Source: Hormiphora californensis
Lineage: Eukaryota; Animalia; Ctenophora
NCBI GenBank assembly: GCA_020137815.1
Contig: CM035351.1
Location: 806,001-870,000, forward strand
DNA: 64,000 nucleotides
Direction: 5' to 3'
Positions within the stretch are counted from its first letter, which is position 1. Every line of letters begins with the position of its first letter. The position numbers were made by a program, and so were the translations under genes. The notes under the pieces are model-generated. The model did not search any database and had not been told where the DNA came from. It was given only the letters and a program-made list of their open reading frames with translations. Positions 11,861-23,790 of the stretch are shown piece after piece.

Positions 11861-14800
11861 ATGTCTAAAGATCTGAGGGCCCGGCGCCAGAGCCGGGTCA
11901 TGGAACCCATTGAGGTTGATGTTCAGGGTGTGGTTGGGAAGGGAGATGTGAACATCAACCTTACTGCTGACAATATAGATGAGGTGTTCGATGAGCACAA
12001 GTATTTCACCTGGGTCAGGAGTAACTTCAACATCCCAACCTGCCAGTATTTCATACCAGTCCCGGGGAATCCTAGGAAGTGCAAATGTGGTACCAACATC
12101 CTGGATCATGGTACTACCCTGGAGACCCTTCCAGAGGAGACGATATGGGACAGGAAGTTACATTGCACCACGATGCCAACGCCAAGTTTCGGGACCATGA
12201 ACTTTGTTAATGAGGATTCTATTATAATGCCCAAGTTTGTGAGGGTTGGTATAGACATGCATGTAGGGGGAAATGATTATGTGATACCCCAGGACACTAT
12301 CCCCGCACTGAAAACACTGCTATTGGATCATTGGAAACTACCTACACCCGGACTTCTCATTTCAGTTATAGGTAGGTGAAGAGTTTATACTCCCCCTCCT
12401 TTAGAACTGGCGGTGAGAGAAAGAAGAATAACGCATGATTCTTCTTTCTCTCATCGCCAGTTCTAAAGGAGGGGGAGTTTAGTAGGTCACACACAGTTAG
12501 TTGTAGTAACAGTAGTAACAGTAGTAACAGTTGTAGTAACAATAGTAGGTGTACTCTGTCTAACATGTTACTAGTCTGTCGGGCCAACGTCGGGCCAAAG
12601 AGCAAGTTTGAGTGGTGTGTACCCGATCCTGCTTTAGTTTGACCCAGAGACAATTTGACCCAGAGACATGATTGAAGCACATTACCCATAATTTCACCCA
12701 CAGGTGGAGCTAAGAGATTCAGACTGAACAAGACCATGGCATCAGATTTCCGGCAAGGTCTAATTGCCGCTGCTCGCTCCACGGCTGCATGGATCGTGAC
12801 TGGTGGGGAGAACTGTGGGGTGATGGAACTGGTGGGTGAAGCTGTCTCTCTCAGCTCCTTCAACTCCTCAGTGGTCGCTATTGGTATTGCAAACTGGGGT
12901 AAAGTACAGAACCGGAACATGCTCTACTCCGACCTGGCGGGGGATGACCTGATAGTGGACTACAGGACAGGCAAGGCAACCAAGGGAGAGAGTTCCCTGA
13001 ACCCCCACCACACCCATTTCTTCCTGGTGGACGGGGGAGACGTGGGGAAGAGTGGGGAGGAAATCAGGTACAGGATAGAACTCCAGGATATCATCCAGGA
13101 TCTGTTTGTGCACGAGGGCGCGGGTCTATCCAAGATCTGTATTCTACTAGAGGGAGGGGAGAGCAGTATTGATACTGCCATTGACTCTGTGCAACACTCT
13201 AACCCTCTGTTGATCGTCAAGAATACTGGCCGTGCTGCCGATATCATCTGTTTTGCCCTGGAAAATGCTGATAGATATGAGAAAGTGACTGGTCCCAAGA
13301 TATTCGTGCACTATAAGATAAACGAGGACGCTGCGAAGACTGTTAAGCGGATGATAGAGAAGGATTTCCATCGATACGGGCCACAGGTGTGCAAAAGAAT
13401 GTACGACAAGGTAGCAGCTATTGTTGATAGACACGACATGTGTAGGATATACGATAGTTCAAATGAGAGCAGTCTGGATCACGCCATTCTCCTGACCCTT
13501 ATCAGCAGTATCACTAGTGGTAGACACAGTCTGGGGGCGGCTACACGGCAGATGGAACTGGCTATCACCTGGAACCAACCAGTTGTGGCACAAGATCACA
13601 TCCTGAGCAAGCACACCTTCGAACCTGCCAAACTGAACCACTTCCTCAGGATTGCCATTGATACCCAGAGTTTAGAGTTTGTTAGGATGTTCCTGCATCA
13701 GGGGGCAGATCTAAAGGAACTGATAACGGTAGCAGAACTAACTCGGCTCTATAATGAGCTGCCTCAGGAGAGTATAGCATTTCAGCAGCTGTGCTCCATG
13801 AAACAGTACCCTGAGCAGGAATTCAACCTCCACATGGTATCCAGTGTGATAGAGGAGTTCTTGGATGGAGCCTACAGGTGTTCCCTGATCGACTATGACA
13901 TAAACGATCCCAACACCCGGTTCAATGACCCATACGACCACATGATGCTGTGGAGTACACTGCGAGGTAACTATGACATGGCCATGCTGTTCTGGGAGTT
14001 CACCAGGGCCCCTGCTATCAGCGCCCTGGTGAGTTTTAGGATGTGTGCCCGGTTAGCCGAGATAGAGGATGCCTCCATGCAGTCTGATGAAGATGCTATG
14101 AAGGAGATGTTGAAGGCAGCCAACATGTTCGAGGAACATGCTGTGGGGATATTGGATGAGTGTGCGTCTCAGTATACCACACAGCACCTCAAGATGCTGC
14201 TCAGTGTCCCCAGGAAGTCCTTCTGCAACCAGAGTCTGGTGGGTCTCGCTCATACCCTTGAGGCAAAGAAGTTTGTGGCTCACAACGCCTACCAGAACTT
14301 CCTGACAGACGTATGGATGGGTCCTATAGACCAGACACTACCCAGCTTCTTGCTAATATTCGTGGTGTTAGTCTCAGCGGTTATGCCTGGCAGTTGTGCC
14401 CTGTTAAATGTCTTTAAGAAGGTGAAAATGTCAGCTGAGGAGACTGAGACACACCAAGCAAAGAAGAACACACATCTACACCAGTTATCCAAGTCATTCC
14501 GGAGATCTGACTCCCAGAAGAAGAGCAAGATCCATGCTCTGTCCATGAGGAACATGACAATGTCCGAGAAGATTATCGGGTTTCACAAAGCACCCATCGT
14601 TAAGTTCATTCTGAATGGAGCTACATTGTTCGTCTTCATTGCGGTCTACATGGTAACCATCTTATTCAACACGTACGAGTATAGTCTGAATGCAGTCCTG
14701 CAGACGTGCGGTGCCTCTCGGTCCCTTGAAAACGATCTGTCAAGTTACAAGGAGTGCATGGCAGATAATGGGTTCACCGAGGACATGATCACCAACTCTA

Positions 14801-16913
14801 TTACTAGGTTTGATATCTTCCTCTTTCTTTGGGCCATTTCAACACTGCCAGTGGAGATATCCCAGATAATCGAGGAAAACCCTCAGAAGTATGTGGACAA
14901 GGTCAAGAAGCATTACAACAGTGCCTACAACATCCTCGATCTGTCAGCCCTATTACTGTTTGTAATCGGATTCTTCTGTAAGACTAGTGGTGCCTTGGAT
15001 GTGGACCCATTTAGTCTGTTTGAACTGGTCAATATTGGTCGAGCCTTCATGATCATGTCTCTGGCGCTGTATATATTCAGGGTCATCCAACTGTTTGGTA
15101 TCCATCCCCAACTCGGTCCCAAAATCAATATGATCGGGAAGATGTCAAAGGATCTCTACTTCTTCATCTTCATCCTCCTCATATTCATGGTGATGTACAT
15201 GGTGGTGTCCGAGGGTTTCATAAACCCACTAAAACGGGACTTTAGAGAAAGCCAGATGCTGATTTACACCATGTTCGAAAGGAGTTTCTTTAACGTGTTC
15301 GGAGAGATAAACCTGGGTGATCTTGACGCCCACTTCATGAGTTTCCAATGTGAGGTATTGGTCCGAGAACAGAGATCTCGGTATATGGAACAGATCGGAG
15401 AAGGGAACCTGACGCTCAACTTCACCGAGTACCTCTCCCGTGAGAACCATAGTGACAGGGGTTGATGACTGTATTACAGAATATCAGGATAATATCCCGC
15501 TGCTCTTCCAGGACAGTGAGCCAACCAGCATGCCAGTGTTCATTCAGTGCAGTTATGCAATAGTATTCATTGCCCTGTGTATTTACCTCCTGATTAGTAA
15601 TATCATGTTGGTGAACCTCCTGATTGCCATCTTCAGTTCCTACCTATGAAAATGTTGAGGGGGAGTCTGATATAATATTCAAGTTCCAGAGGTGTGCTGT
15701 ATCAGTGAGTTCGAGGACCGATTCCTTCCTTCCTAACCCTCTCAATCTGATATCATCATTAGTTAACCTCCTGCGCTACATGTACGACCTGATCTTGATC
15801 AAAAGAAAGAAGAGATCCAAGAAGTCTGATGACGCTGACCCGGAGATTGATTACAAGGTGAGTCTGATAGAGGCGGAGTGCAGGACAATCTTCAGGCAGA
15901 AGCAGATGACAAACGTGGATAAGGAGACCAAGTTGATGTTTGAGTTGAAAAGAGAAACAGAGCAGGTGAAGAAAGAAGTCCGACACACCCGAGATATGGT
16001 AAAGAAGATAATAGGGGAGATGGAGATAGCAAACAGGAACAAGATCACTCCGGTAACTGAGCTGTGGAAGAGGATATTCTCCCATAAATTCAGCAGGACA
16101 TCACCCTACCCTGGTACCAACATACAGAGGTTCCCCGTCCCTGATAACCTGCTCCTCTGGGATGCTAAATATGATGCTTACGATCCAACCTATTTGGATA
16201 GTCCCAAACATGGGATGTTCGATGAACCATCTGATCCCTATGAGGTTTTCTACTTTAACGCGGAGCATGAGGGGGTTGATAGGATTAGTAATGTGTGTGA
16301 GTATCATGTAGTGGATGGCTCTCCTCTCAACCCCAAGGGTAGAACAGGTCTCCGAGGCAGGGGATCCCTTGAGAGGTGGGGCCCTAACCATGGTGCTCTA
16401 ACAATTGTATCCCGCTGGGCCCGGAACCCTGATGGTCAACTCATTGTGATACAGAACCAGCGTGTCATGGAGATTATTGCAGTTCGGGGGACTGGTGCAG
16501 ATATGTGGGAGCTGCCTTGTGGGTTCCTGGATGTGGGGGAGGGGGTGGCAGACGGGCACAAGAGGACATTCCTGGAATCCTGTATGGGCTTCCAAAGTAC
16601 AGGAGGGGTTGACAAACTCAGGCTCCTACAGACTGCAGATGGGTGGTTACAGAGCGGTATTATCATCTACAAGGGTTACTTTGATGATTCTAGGAACACA
16701 GACAACTCTTGGATAGAGGTTAACGCTGTCAACTATCATCTAGAGGAGGGCCCATACCCTGAGGACCTATATCCAGGAGACCACATCGACGAGGTGAAGT
16801 GGATCTGTTTGGACGACAAGATGATTATGCACAAAAACAACTTGTGGATCCTAAAGAAGATGTGTATTCACATGGGGGCTCATAACCCTTACAAAGGGGA
16901 AGTGCTGATATGA
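11861..16913 (+). CDS. TRPM2: TRPM2-like channel-enzyme (MHR1-4, 6TM, TRP helix, C-terminal NUDT9-H); one intron ~12373-12703; two apparent indels near 15435 and 15640
   Basis: CKCG, PGLLISVIG|GA, AWIVTGG, LNPHHTHFFLVDGG, LAITWN, LGPKINMI, pore FGE, NIMLVNLLIAIFS, RFPVPD, PLNPKGRTGLRGRGSLERWGPNH, DDSRNTDNSWIE. Confidence 0.93.
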
Positions 16914-17699
16914 GAGGTCTCATAAAGGACTAGCTGTGAACTGGACAGACATTACAGTCATGTAGTATGACAATATGAGAGGGGTCCGAGAAAGAAAGAC
17001 GTCCCCTCTGAGTTAGGACTTAGAAGTGTGCTTGACAGGGACAATAGATTAAAATGATATTTTAAGTCTTGTTTTTGTATTTGAACTGTTGCAGGCGACC
17101 ATTGTTGTGAAATTAAAGATCCATGATTTATGAATTCCACAAACTGCGTGTCTAATTCTAAACTCGGTATACGATATTGCCATGGTCATAAGTGGGGTGT
17201 AATAACGTCACAATATAGTGGGGTGTGGTCAAGAGGCACGTGGGGCAAAAGGGTGGCAGGACGGCAAATCAGGAAAACAGGTGCAAGTAATGATTCTCAC
17301 ACACCCACGCGCGCCATTCATTCTCTTCCTGCGCCAATTTGAGGGCCCTTTGTTCACAAGAAATGTTTCGCGCGTTACTGTACCGACCCGAGAAACAGTT
17401 TTAGTAATTTGGCCGATATGGCGCAACCTTGGGACCCTCTTGTGTTAACACATTCAACAAGTCTGCATTTGCTCAGCGTTGAAAAACAAAACAAATACAT
17501 ACACACAAATAAAAGCAATTGAAATATACGACTCTAGTTTTTACAGGTTTAACAGATCTGTGTAGAATACATTCCTTTCTCATTCAAACTCTTATAATAA
17601 TCTCTTAGAATTATCTTAGAATAACATGGCAAAATTTACACAAAAGAGCGTCCTTAACATTCCCAACAAACTATTGTTCCAGTTCCCCTATATATCCCT

Positions 17700-20600
17700 T
17701 TACAGACTGTGTTCATCATTCTCATCATCATCCATCATCTGGCTACCAGTTTCAACATCAGTATGCCACTTGGTAGTGAGGTCATGCATTTCATTACACG
17801 CCCTCCTGATCTCTTGCTGTGTAAACTTCTTCCTGAAGGGGAGAGGGGGTGTGTGTTAACTAATGTTGGATTTTATAGAGGGGGTGTTAACTGTGGGGAG
17901 AGAAAGAGGGGGCTGTGTGTTAACTAATGTTGGATTTTATAGAGGGGGGGGGGGTTAACTGTAAATTGAGTAATGCTGGCTTGTGTCCAAAGTGTGAGTT
18001 TCATACACTGCTACACAGTCTCCAGTATAACAGACAATAGGCCCCCCTAGTACATTTCACTACTACCAGTACATTCCACTACTATATACTATAGTGTTCA
18101 CTACTACCCCCCCCCCCCAGTACATTCCACTACTGCCCTCATAAGATATTTGCACTCCAGTCTCCAAACTGATGGTGTTATCAGTTAAATGCATTACATA
18201 GAGTGGCAAGCGATCATTACGGGAGCTCTATAGAGCTCTCTAACTTGATAATTTTTTTATAAAAGTTAGCCAGAGAGATCTTTGGAGCTCCCTTTATAAT
18301 GGAGTTGAGCTGTTTGCCCGATAAAAGAGTTTAGAGAGAAAAGAGAACGAGAGAAAAAGAGAACGAGCCACGTGCACGTAATGAGCATGTGGTCTGGCAA
18401 AGGGGGAGAGAGAGGGAGAGGACTTGGATAATTATAGCCTTCCCTTTCTCAGTTAAATCTAAATTCATTTGCTTTTTGTCTTCGCAGTTCGATCCAGTAA
18501 GCCTGTATACAGCTCCAGTCCTTCCGATTAAAACATGGAAAACACTATCAGGCTACTTCTACTACTGATCGTGGCCCTGCCTACAGCTCAGTGTGCAGTA
18601 GAACAGATTCCCTTTGTCAAGGCAGAGTTATCTTCTGTTTTGAATGATGCGAAGAATGCGATAGATGGCAACCTTGGAGGACCCTTGGCCCACTCTTATT
18701 GTAACGACAAAGGGAAGGAGATTTGGTTAAAGTTGTGGTTCAGAGGACCAGTTTGGATAGATCGCTTCATTATTTACCCCTCTCACACTCAGAGCACTAA
18801 TTATTATCGGTTCCAAGGGGCAAGGCTTTACATTGAACATGGTATCAGTGGCCAGGAGGGGTATTGTGCCACTCTCACTCTAGACAGTGTGAAAACAGCA
18901 CATGAGCTGAGCTGTGGAGTTCCCCTAGGTGAAGTCGTGGTTCTACGACTAACTAGAAACGACCAGGATGCGTGCATTCATGTGTACGAGATAGAGGCAT
19001 TCGGAGAGTACTTGGAAGGTAATGGTTGTTTGTTTGTTTGTTTGTTTGTTTGTTTGTTTGTTTGTTTGTTTGTTTGTTTGTTTGTTAGGAACCTGGGCCG
19101 GTTCTCCCAGGAGGGTTTAGGAGACACGACAGACACTGACTGTAACATTGTACAGGAGATGGCAGTCTTATTATATATGAGACATGATACCCTCCACCCA
19201 CTCACGAACCCTATAGCCTAATATCATGATAACCTTCACCCACTCACGAACCCTATAGCCTAATATCATGATACCCACCACCCACCAAATGACTCATATT
19301 ATATCAAGAAACTTAACCTAGAGATCTCTATTTATAACATCACTACCCCCCATTGGCATTAGAATCCATTCTTGGGATAATCGTGTCAATCTTAATTTCG
19401 TTTCAAACCAAACCAAACCAAACCAAACCAAACCAAACCAAACCAAACCAAACCAAACCAAACCAAACCAAACCAAACCAAACCAAACCAAACCAAACCA
19501 AACCAAACCAAACCAAACCAAACCAAACCCAACCAACCTAACCCTACCTAAAAAATGGTACAAAGTATTTTTCGTCCCATCTGCTCCAGATTCCAGGTGT
19601 TGCTGCTTCAGGTTCCACTTCATCAACATTCAGATTTCTCCCAAACTCGACAGTCTTGGAAAGCATGTACTCTGTGTCACCCGAACCACCTGAGAGACAT
19701 AGAGTAAGAGAGCATGTAATATAGTTTTGTTACATCTACCATCATTTCAAACACGACAATTATAACTCCGCAGTTATAACTCTCCAGTTCCTAACCCCCT
19801 TACCCTCGGTGTTGACAGTTATAAAATCAGCCTCACTGTCTGCTTCATCTAGGTGATGTCTGTCCTCGCTCTGTAGTCGAACCCTGCCTGTCTGGCGGTC
19901 TGTCCACCACGTTACGAGCTAGGTGGGGAATAAAGTTAGGAGGGACACAGGAGGAATTAGAATTACAAACAGGAATTGATATAAGTAGCATTCACCACCA
20001 ACTTATACTACACGTAGACCCCCCTCCCGCGGGTTACCATGGTTACCTTTATAACGGCACCCCCGTTACCATGGTTACCATTATAACGGCACCCCCGTTA
20101 CCATGGTTACCATTATAACGGCACCCCCGTTACCATGGTTACCTTTATAACGGCACCCCTGTTACCATATAGTTACCTTTATAACAGGCATGGTAGATCC
20201 GCCCATGACAATAATTGTGAAGAGCACAATAACGAGAGTAGTGCTGACTATAACTTGTTTAGTAGTCTCATCAAAGGGAAGATGGAGAGCCAGGGCAAAT
20301 GCAATTGCACCACGCAGACCTGCAGAGAGAGAGGGGGGATGTTAGTTGCCTAGCTAGACTCTGTTTCACGCGCCACTTTACAAAAGGATGGTTAGAACAT
20401 AACAAGATGTTAGATCATCTGTAACAGCTGTGTTAAAAATCACCCACAGTCTTTATACAAGCATAATATAGAGGGGATGAGATCATAGAACGTCTGGCAA
20501 AACACCAGTACAGCAGCAGGCATATTATAGGGAATTTATATATATTATCTTGTACAAATAGAGACATATACAGGAACAGACACACATAACAGACACATAG

Positions 20601-23582
20601 CTGTAGTATTATATGTGAATACAGACACACAATAAACAGACACACAGACAGACAGACAATAACACATACTGTGTAAAGGTAGACATGCCGCATGTGGAAA
20701 GTTACAGAGACGGAGTTGAACACACAGAGACGGGTATAACCGAAACAATCCCAGCAGACGAACAAACACACATACCTAAACCCATCAATCTCTACATGCA
20801 CAACCCTACTACACAACATAAACCCGCCAACCTCTAGTAGAGGCCCTCTACCTCTACCTCTACCGCTTATACAGTCTACATACGTACCGCTAAACCACAT
20901 GATGAATTGTTGTTGAGGGGTGACTTTAGTCTGTCTGAATCGGTTAGCCAGTAGCGTTAGCAGACCAATATTCAATCCCCTACCAATCAGACATAGTAAC
21001 TGTAGAGAAACATGTATCATGTGAGATAAATAGAGAGGTAAATAACTCAAATGTGTGAGATAACACAGGAGAAGAAATCAGGAAGAGAGAAATCAGATGA
21101 GTGAGAACTAATATATTTCAACTTACAATGCTACTGTTACTAATAACTTACAATACTAATGTTACTAATATTACTAATATTTCAACTTACAATGCTCCAC
21201 ACGATGAGTGAAGGCTGGAAGGAGTGAGTGAAACTAAATATTGCCATCCCAAGGTAGGCAAACACACAGGACTCAGCAAGGAAGGAGAACGTTCTGAATA
21301 CCTGCTGCACCGTTACCTGTATAATAATGGAGTCATGTGTTAGTAACTCATAACATAAATAGACCCAAAACAGTTGACCTTGAAAAACCGAAACTTTCAC
21401 ATCGCCATGGTAATCAGTTGAAAAATAATAACATACGGTATAACCATGTGATCAGATAAAACTTCCCTACTCGCCCTACCACAAACATGCCAGTGGATCC
21501 CCTACCTGGTTACCATGGTAACATGAATGCAGTTACCATGGTAACCATGGGATCAGATAAAACTTCCCTACCTGAGTCATGAATGATAGGTTATAATGAG
21601 CGTAGTGACTCATCACGATACCACTGGAGAGTATTGCCATAATCCCACTGAGATGGAGTCCCTCGGCCAGGAAGTAGGGGGCATATGCAAACAGGCACAC
21701 TGTACAGAACTCGAGTGAGGGAGTTTTCTGAAACGAACATGGTGTTACTTCAGGGTGTTATAAGGTGTTATTAGGGTGTTATTAGAGAATAGTTTTTTAG
21801 GTGTTGTGGCAGCGGCCCTTCTGAAAGTACTATTTCTCAGTTCAAGATAATATCTAGTGTTACTAACTAACCGTTAGTCAAGATAATATCTAGTGTTACT
21901 AACCGTTAGTGCAAGGTGTTTCAGTAGTAGGGCCAGAGCCAGAGCAAAGAGAGCCCCCACAACCCCACTCATGCTGAAGGAGAGGAAGAAATCCCCGATA
22001 GCAAGACCTATCGCACTCCCCGCCTCGGTGTCATTAAAATGTATTATCGTGCTGAAATTATATGGTGGTTAGTGCCACGTGATGCCCATATATGGTGGTT
22101 AGTGTCACGTGATGCCCATATATGGTAACCAACTTACTCTGTCATGACGATTGATACTGCATCATTAAGGACGCTCTCTCCAAACACCAGCATGTACAGT
22201 GTGGGCTGGACATCAATAGCAGAGAATATGGCGAGGGTAGCTACAGGGTCCACCGCTGAGATGAGGGCACCGAACCCAAAACTCTCCTTTGCAGACAGAG
22301 GGTAGGATATCTTGGCCTGAGTGGGGGGGGGGGGGGTTAGTTGGAGGGTAGGATATCTTAGCATGGAGGGGGGATTTGTCAGCGGGTAGGATATCTTAGC
22401 CTGGGGGGTGGGGGGGGGTGAGCCTGGGGAAGTTTTTTAAAACAGGGAGATGTGTTTCTATTTTTTCCAAACCCCTACACATATATTGTGTTCCTATCCA
22501 ACCTATCGCATACCTGTCCCAACACCCAGAGACCGGCTCCGACTGTGAAGGCTGAGATGGCAGTACCCACAACTGCAAAGAGAACTATCGTCCCCAGGTT
22601 CGCAAAGAAGTTACCCTGAAAAAGACGGGGTGCTACCAAAATAGTGAACCAGAGTGAGGGATTCTCATAACATGCGAAATGGAAGAAAGAAGAGTGGGAA
22701 ATGAGGCTCTTTAGTTACTAGAAGAGCGAACCAGAGTGAGGGACATAGTTGCCGGGTTAGCTTGTTACAGGTATGGGATAAATGGTTTCTAGTAAATTAA
22801 TCTTTATAATCAGGCCTGGATACGACATAGAAAATTGACGACTGAAAAACTAAAAGAGAAAAGTTCAAAGAAAATTGAAATCGAACGGGTGTGAAAAAAG
22901 GAAAATCAATATAAGAACATCATCCACCCCACCCATCCACCCCGCCCATCCACCCAACCCTCCACCCCACCCCCTAACTAACCTTGTGTAGATTGTATCC
23001 GCTTTCAAATATAATGGGAGGTAACATGACCAGAAAGAATATAGTCGGATTCAGCATCTCACTTTGTTTAATTCCCTTGATGTTATAGTGCTTGAATATC
23101 TCAAATAGTCCCCCGATTATAAAACCTGCAATGGGATGTTATAGTGCTTGAATATCTCAAATAGTCCCCCGATTATAAAACCTGGGAACGAGATTACAAT
23201 CAGTGGTGTATTGAGTAGAACAGCCAGCTGTCTAAACTAAAAGGGGGTTGCCCTTATTTTCAGTAGTTCTAGATGAAAACAAAACAAATTACAGATCTGT
23301 ACACTGACCTAACAAGACGATAGCAATGCTCTCCGGCAGGTAGTGGAAGTTGAACTTGATCAGTAGGAACACCATCAATATTGCAACTAGCAGGACACAC
23401 AGAATGAAGAAGATCCTGAAACTATTCTGACTCTCCTCCTGTTGTCCGGTCTGTGGTTCAGTGACGGGTGTAGTACTATCAGTGGGGGCAGGTTTATCAT
23501 CAGGTGCACTACTAGCTGGTTCCCCTGCTAGACATATCACCAGGAGTAGAGCGCTCCATACCACCACAACCAAACACTTCAT
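17700..23582 (-). CDS. SLC9A8: Na+/H+ exchanger 8, multi-exon
   Basis: Signal peptide; [13 protein letters not shown]; [17 protein letters not shown]; [29 protein letters not shown]; [17 protein letters not shown]; [16 protein letters not shown]; [10 protein letters not shown]; last exon 17833-17700 KFTQQEI..DLTTKW resembles the NHE8 C-terminus. Confidence 0.92.
18535..19120 (+). CDS. Secreted F-type lectin/F5-8 type C (galactose-binding-like) domain protein nested antisense in the last NHE8 intron
   Basis: Signal peptide [15 protein letters not shown]; [32 protein letters not shown]; probable intron 19019-19088 containing (TTTG)n. Confidence 0.7.
19404..19540. repeat. (AACCA)n microsatellite
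   Basis: Over 20 perfect pentamer units next to an NHE8 donor. Confidence 0.95.
20033..20184. repeat. 33-bp tandem repeat that duplicates an NHE8 splice donor
   Basis: Unit gttaccatggttacc(t/a)ttataacggcacccc x4-5; minus strand reads ttataaag|gtaac. Confidence 0.85.
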
Positions 23583-23790
23583 ATTGCTCCCCGTCAAGTT
23601 ATCAGATTGCTAAACGCTTCTTATCAAGTTATCACTTCTGATGACATGTTATAACTAATAAAGGGATGCACGGGGTTGAGATACACAAGACACATGAAAT
23701 CAAAAACACAATCTGTAAACCCTTCTAAAAAACTAAAACAGTCATCATCATCGTGTAGGTTTAGTGTACTCGTCTGTACATGTTGCCAGG

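Noticed and set aside
15430-15650. Programmed frameshifting or pseudogenisation of TRPM2
   Set aside because: Similar single-base indels affect MRPL18, LAMTOR2, NHE8 and JmjC, often at homopolymers; assembly error is simpler
19318-19629. FGLVW / QTKPN repeat proteins
   Set aside because: Translation of the (AACCA)n microsatellite
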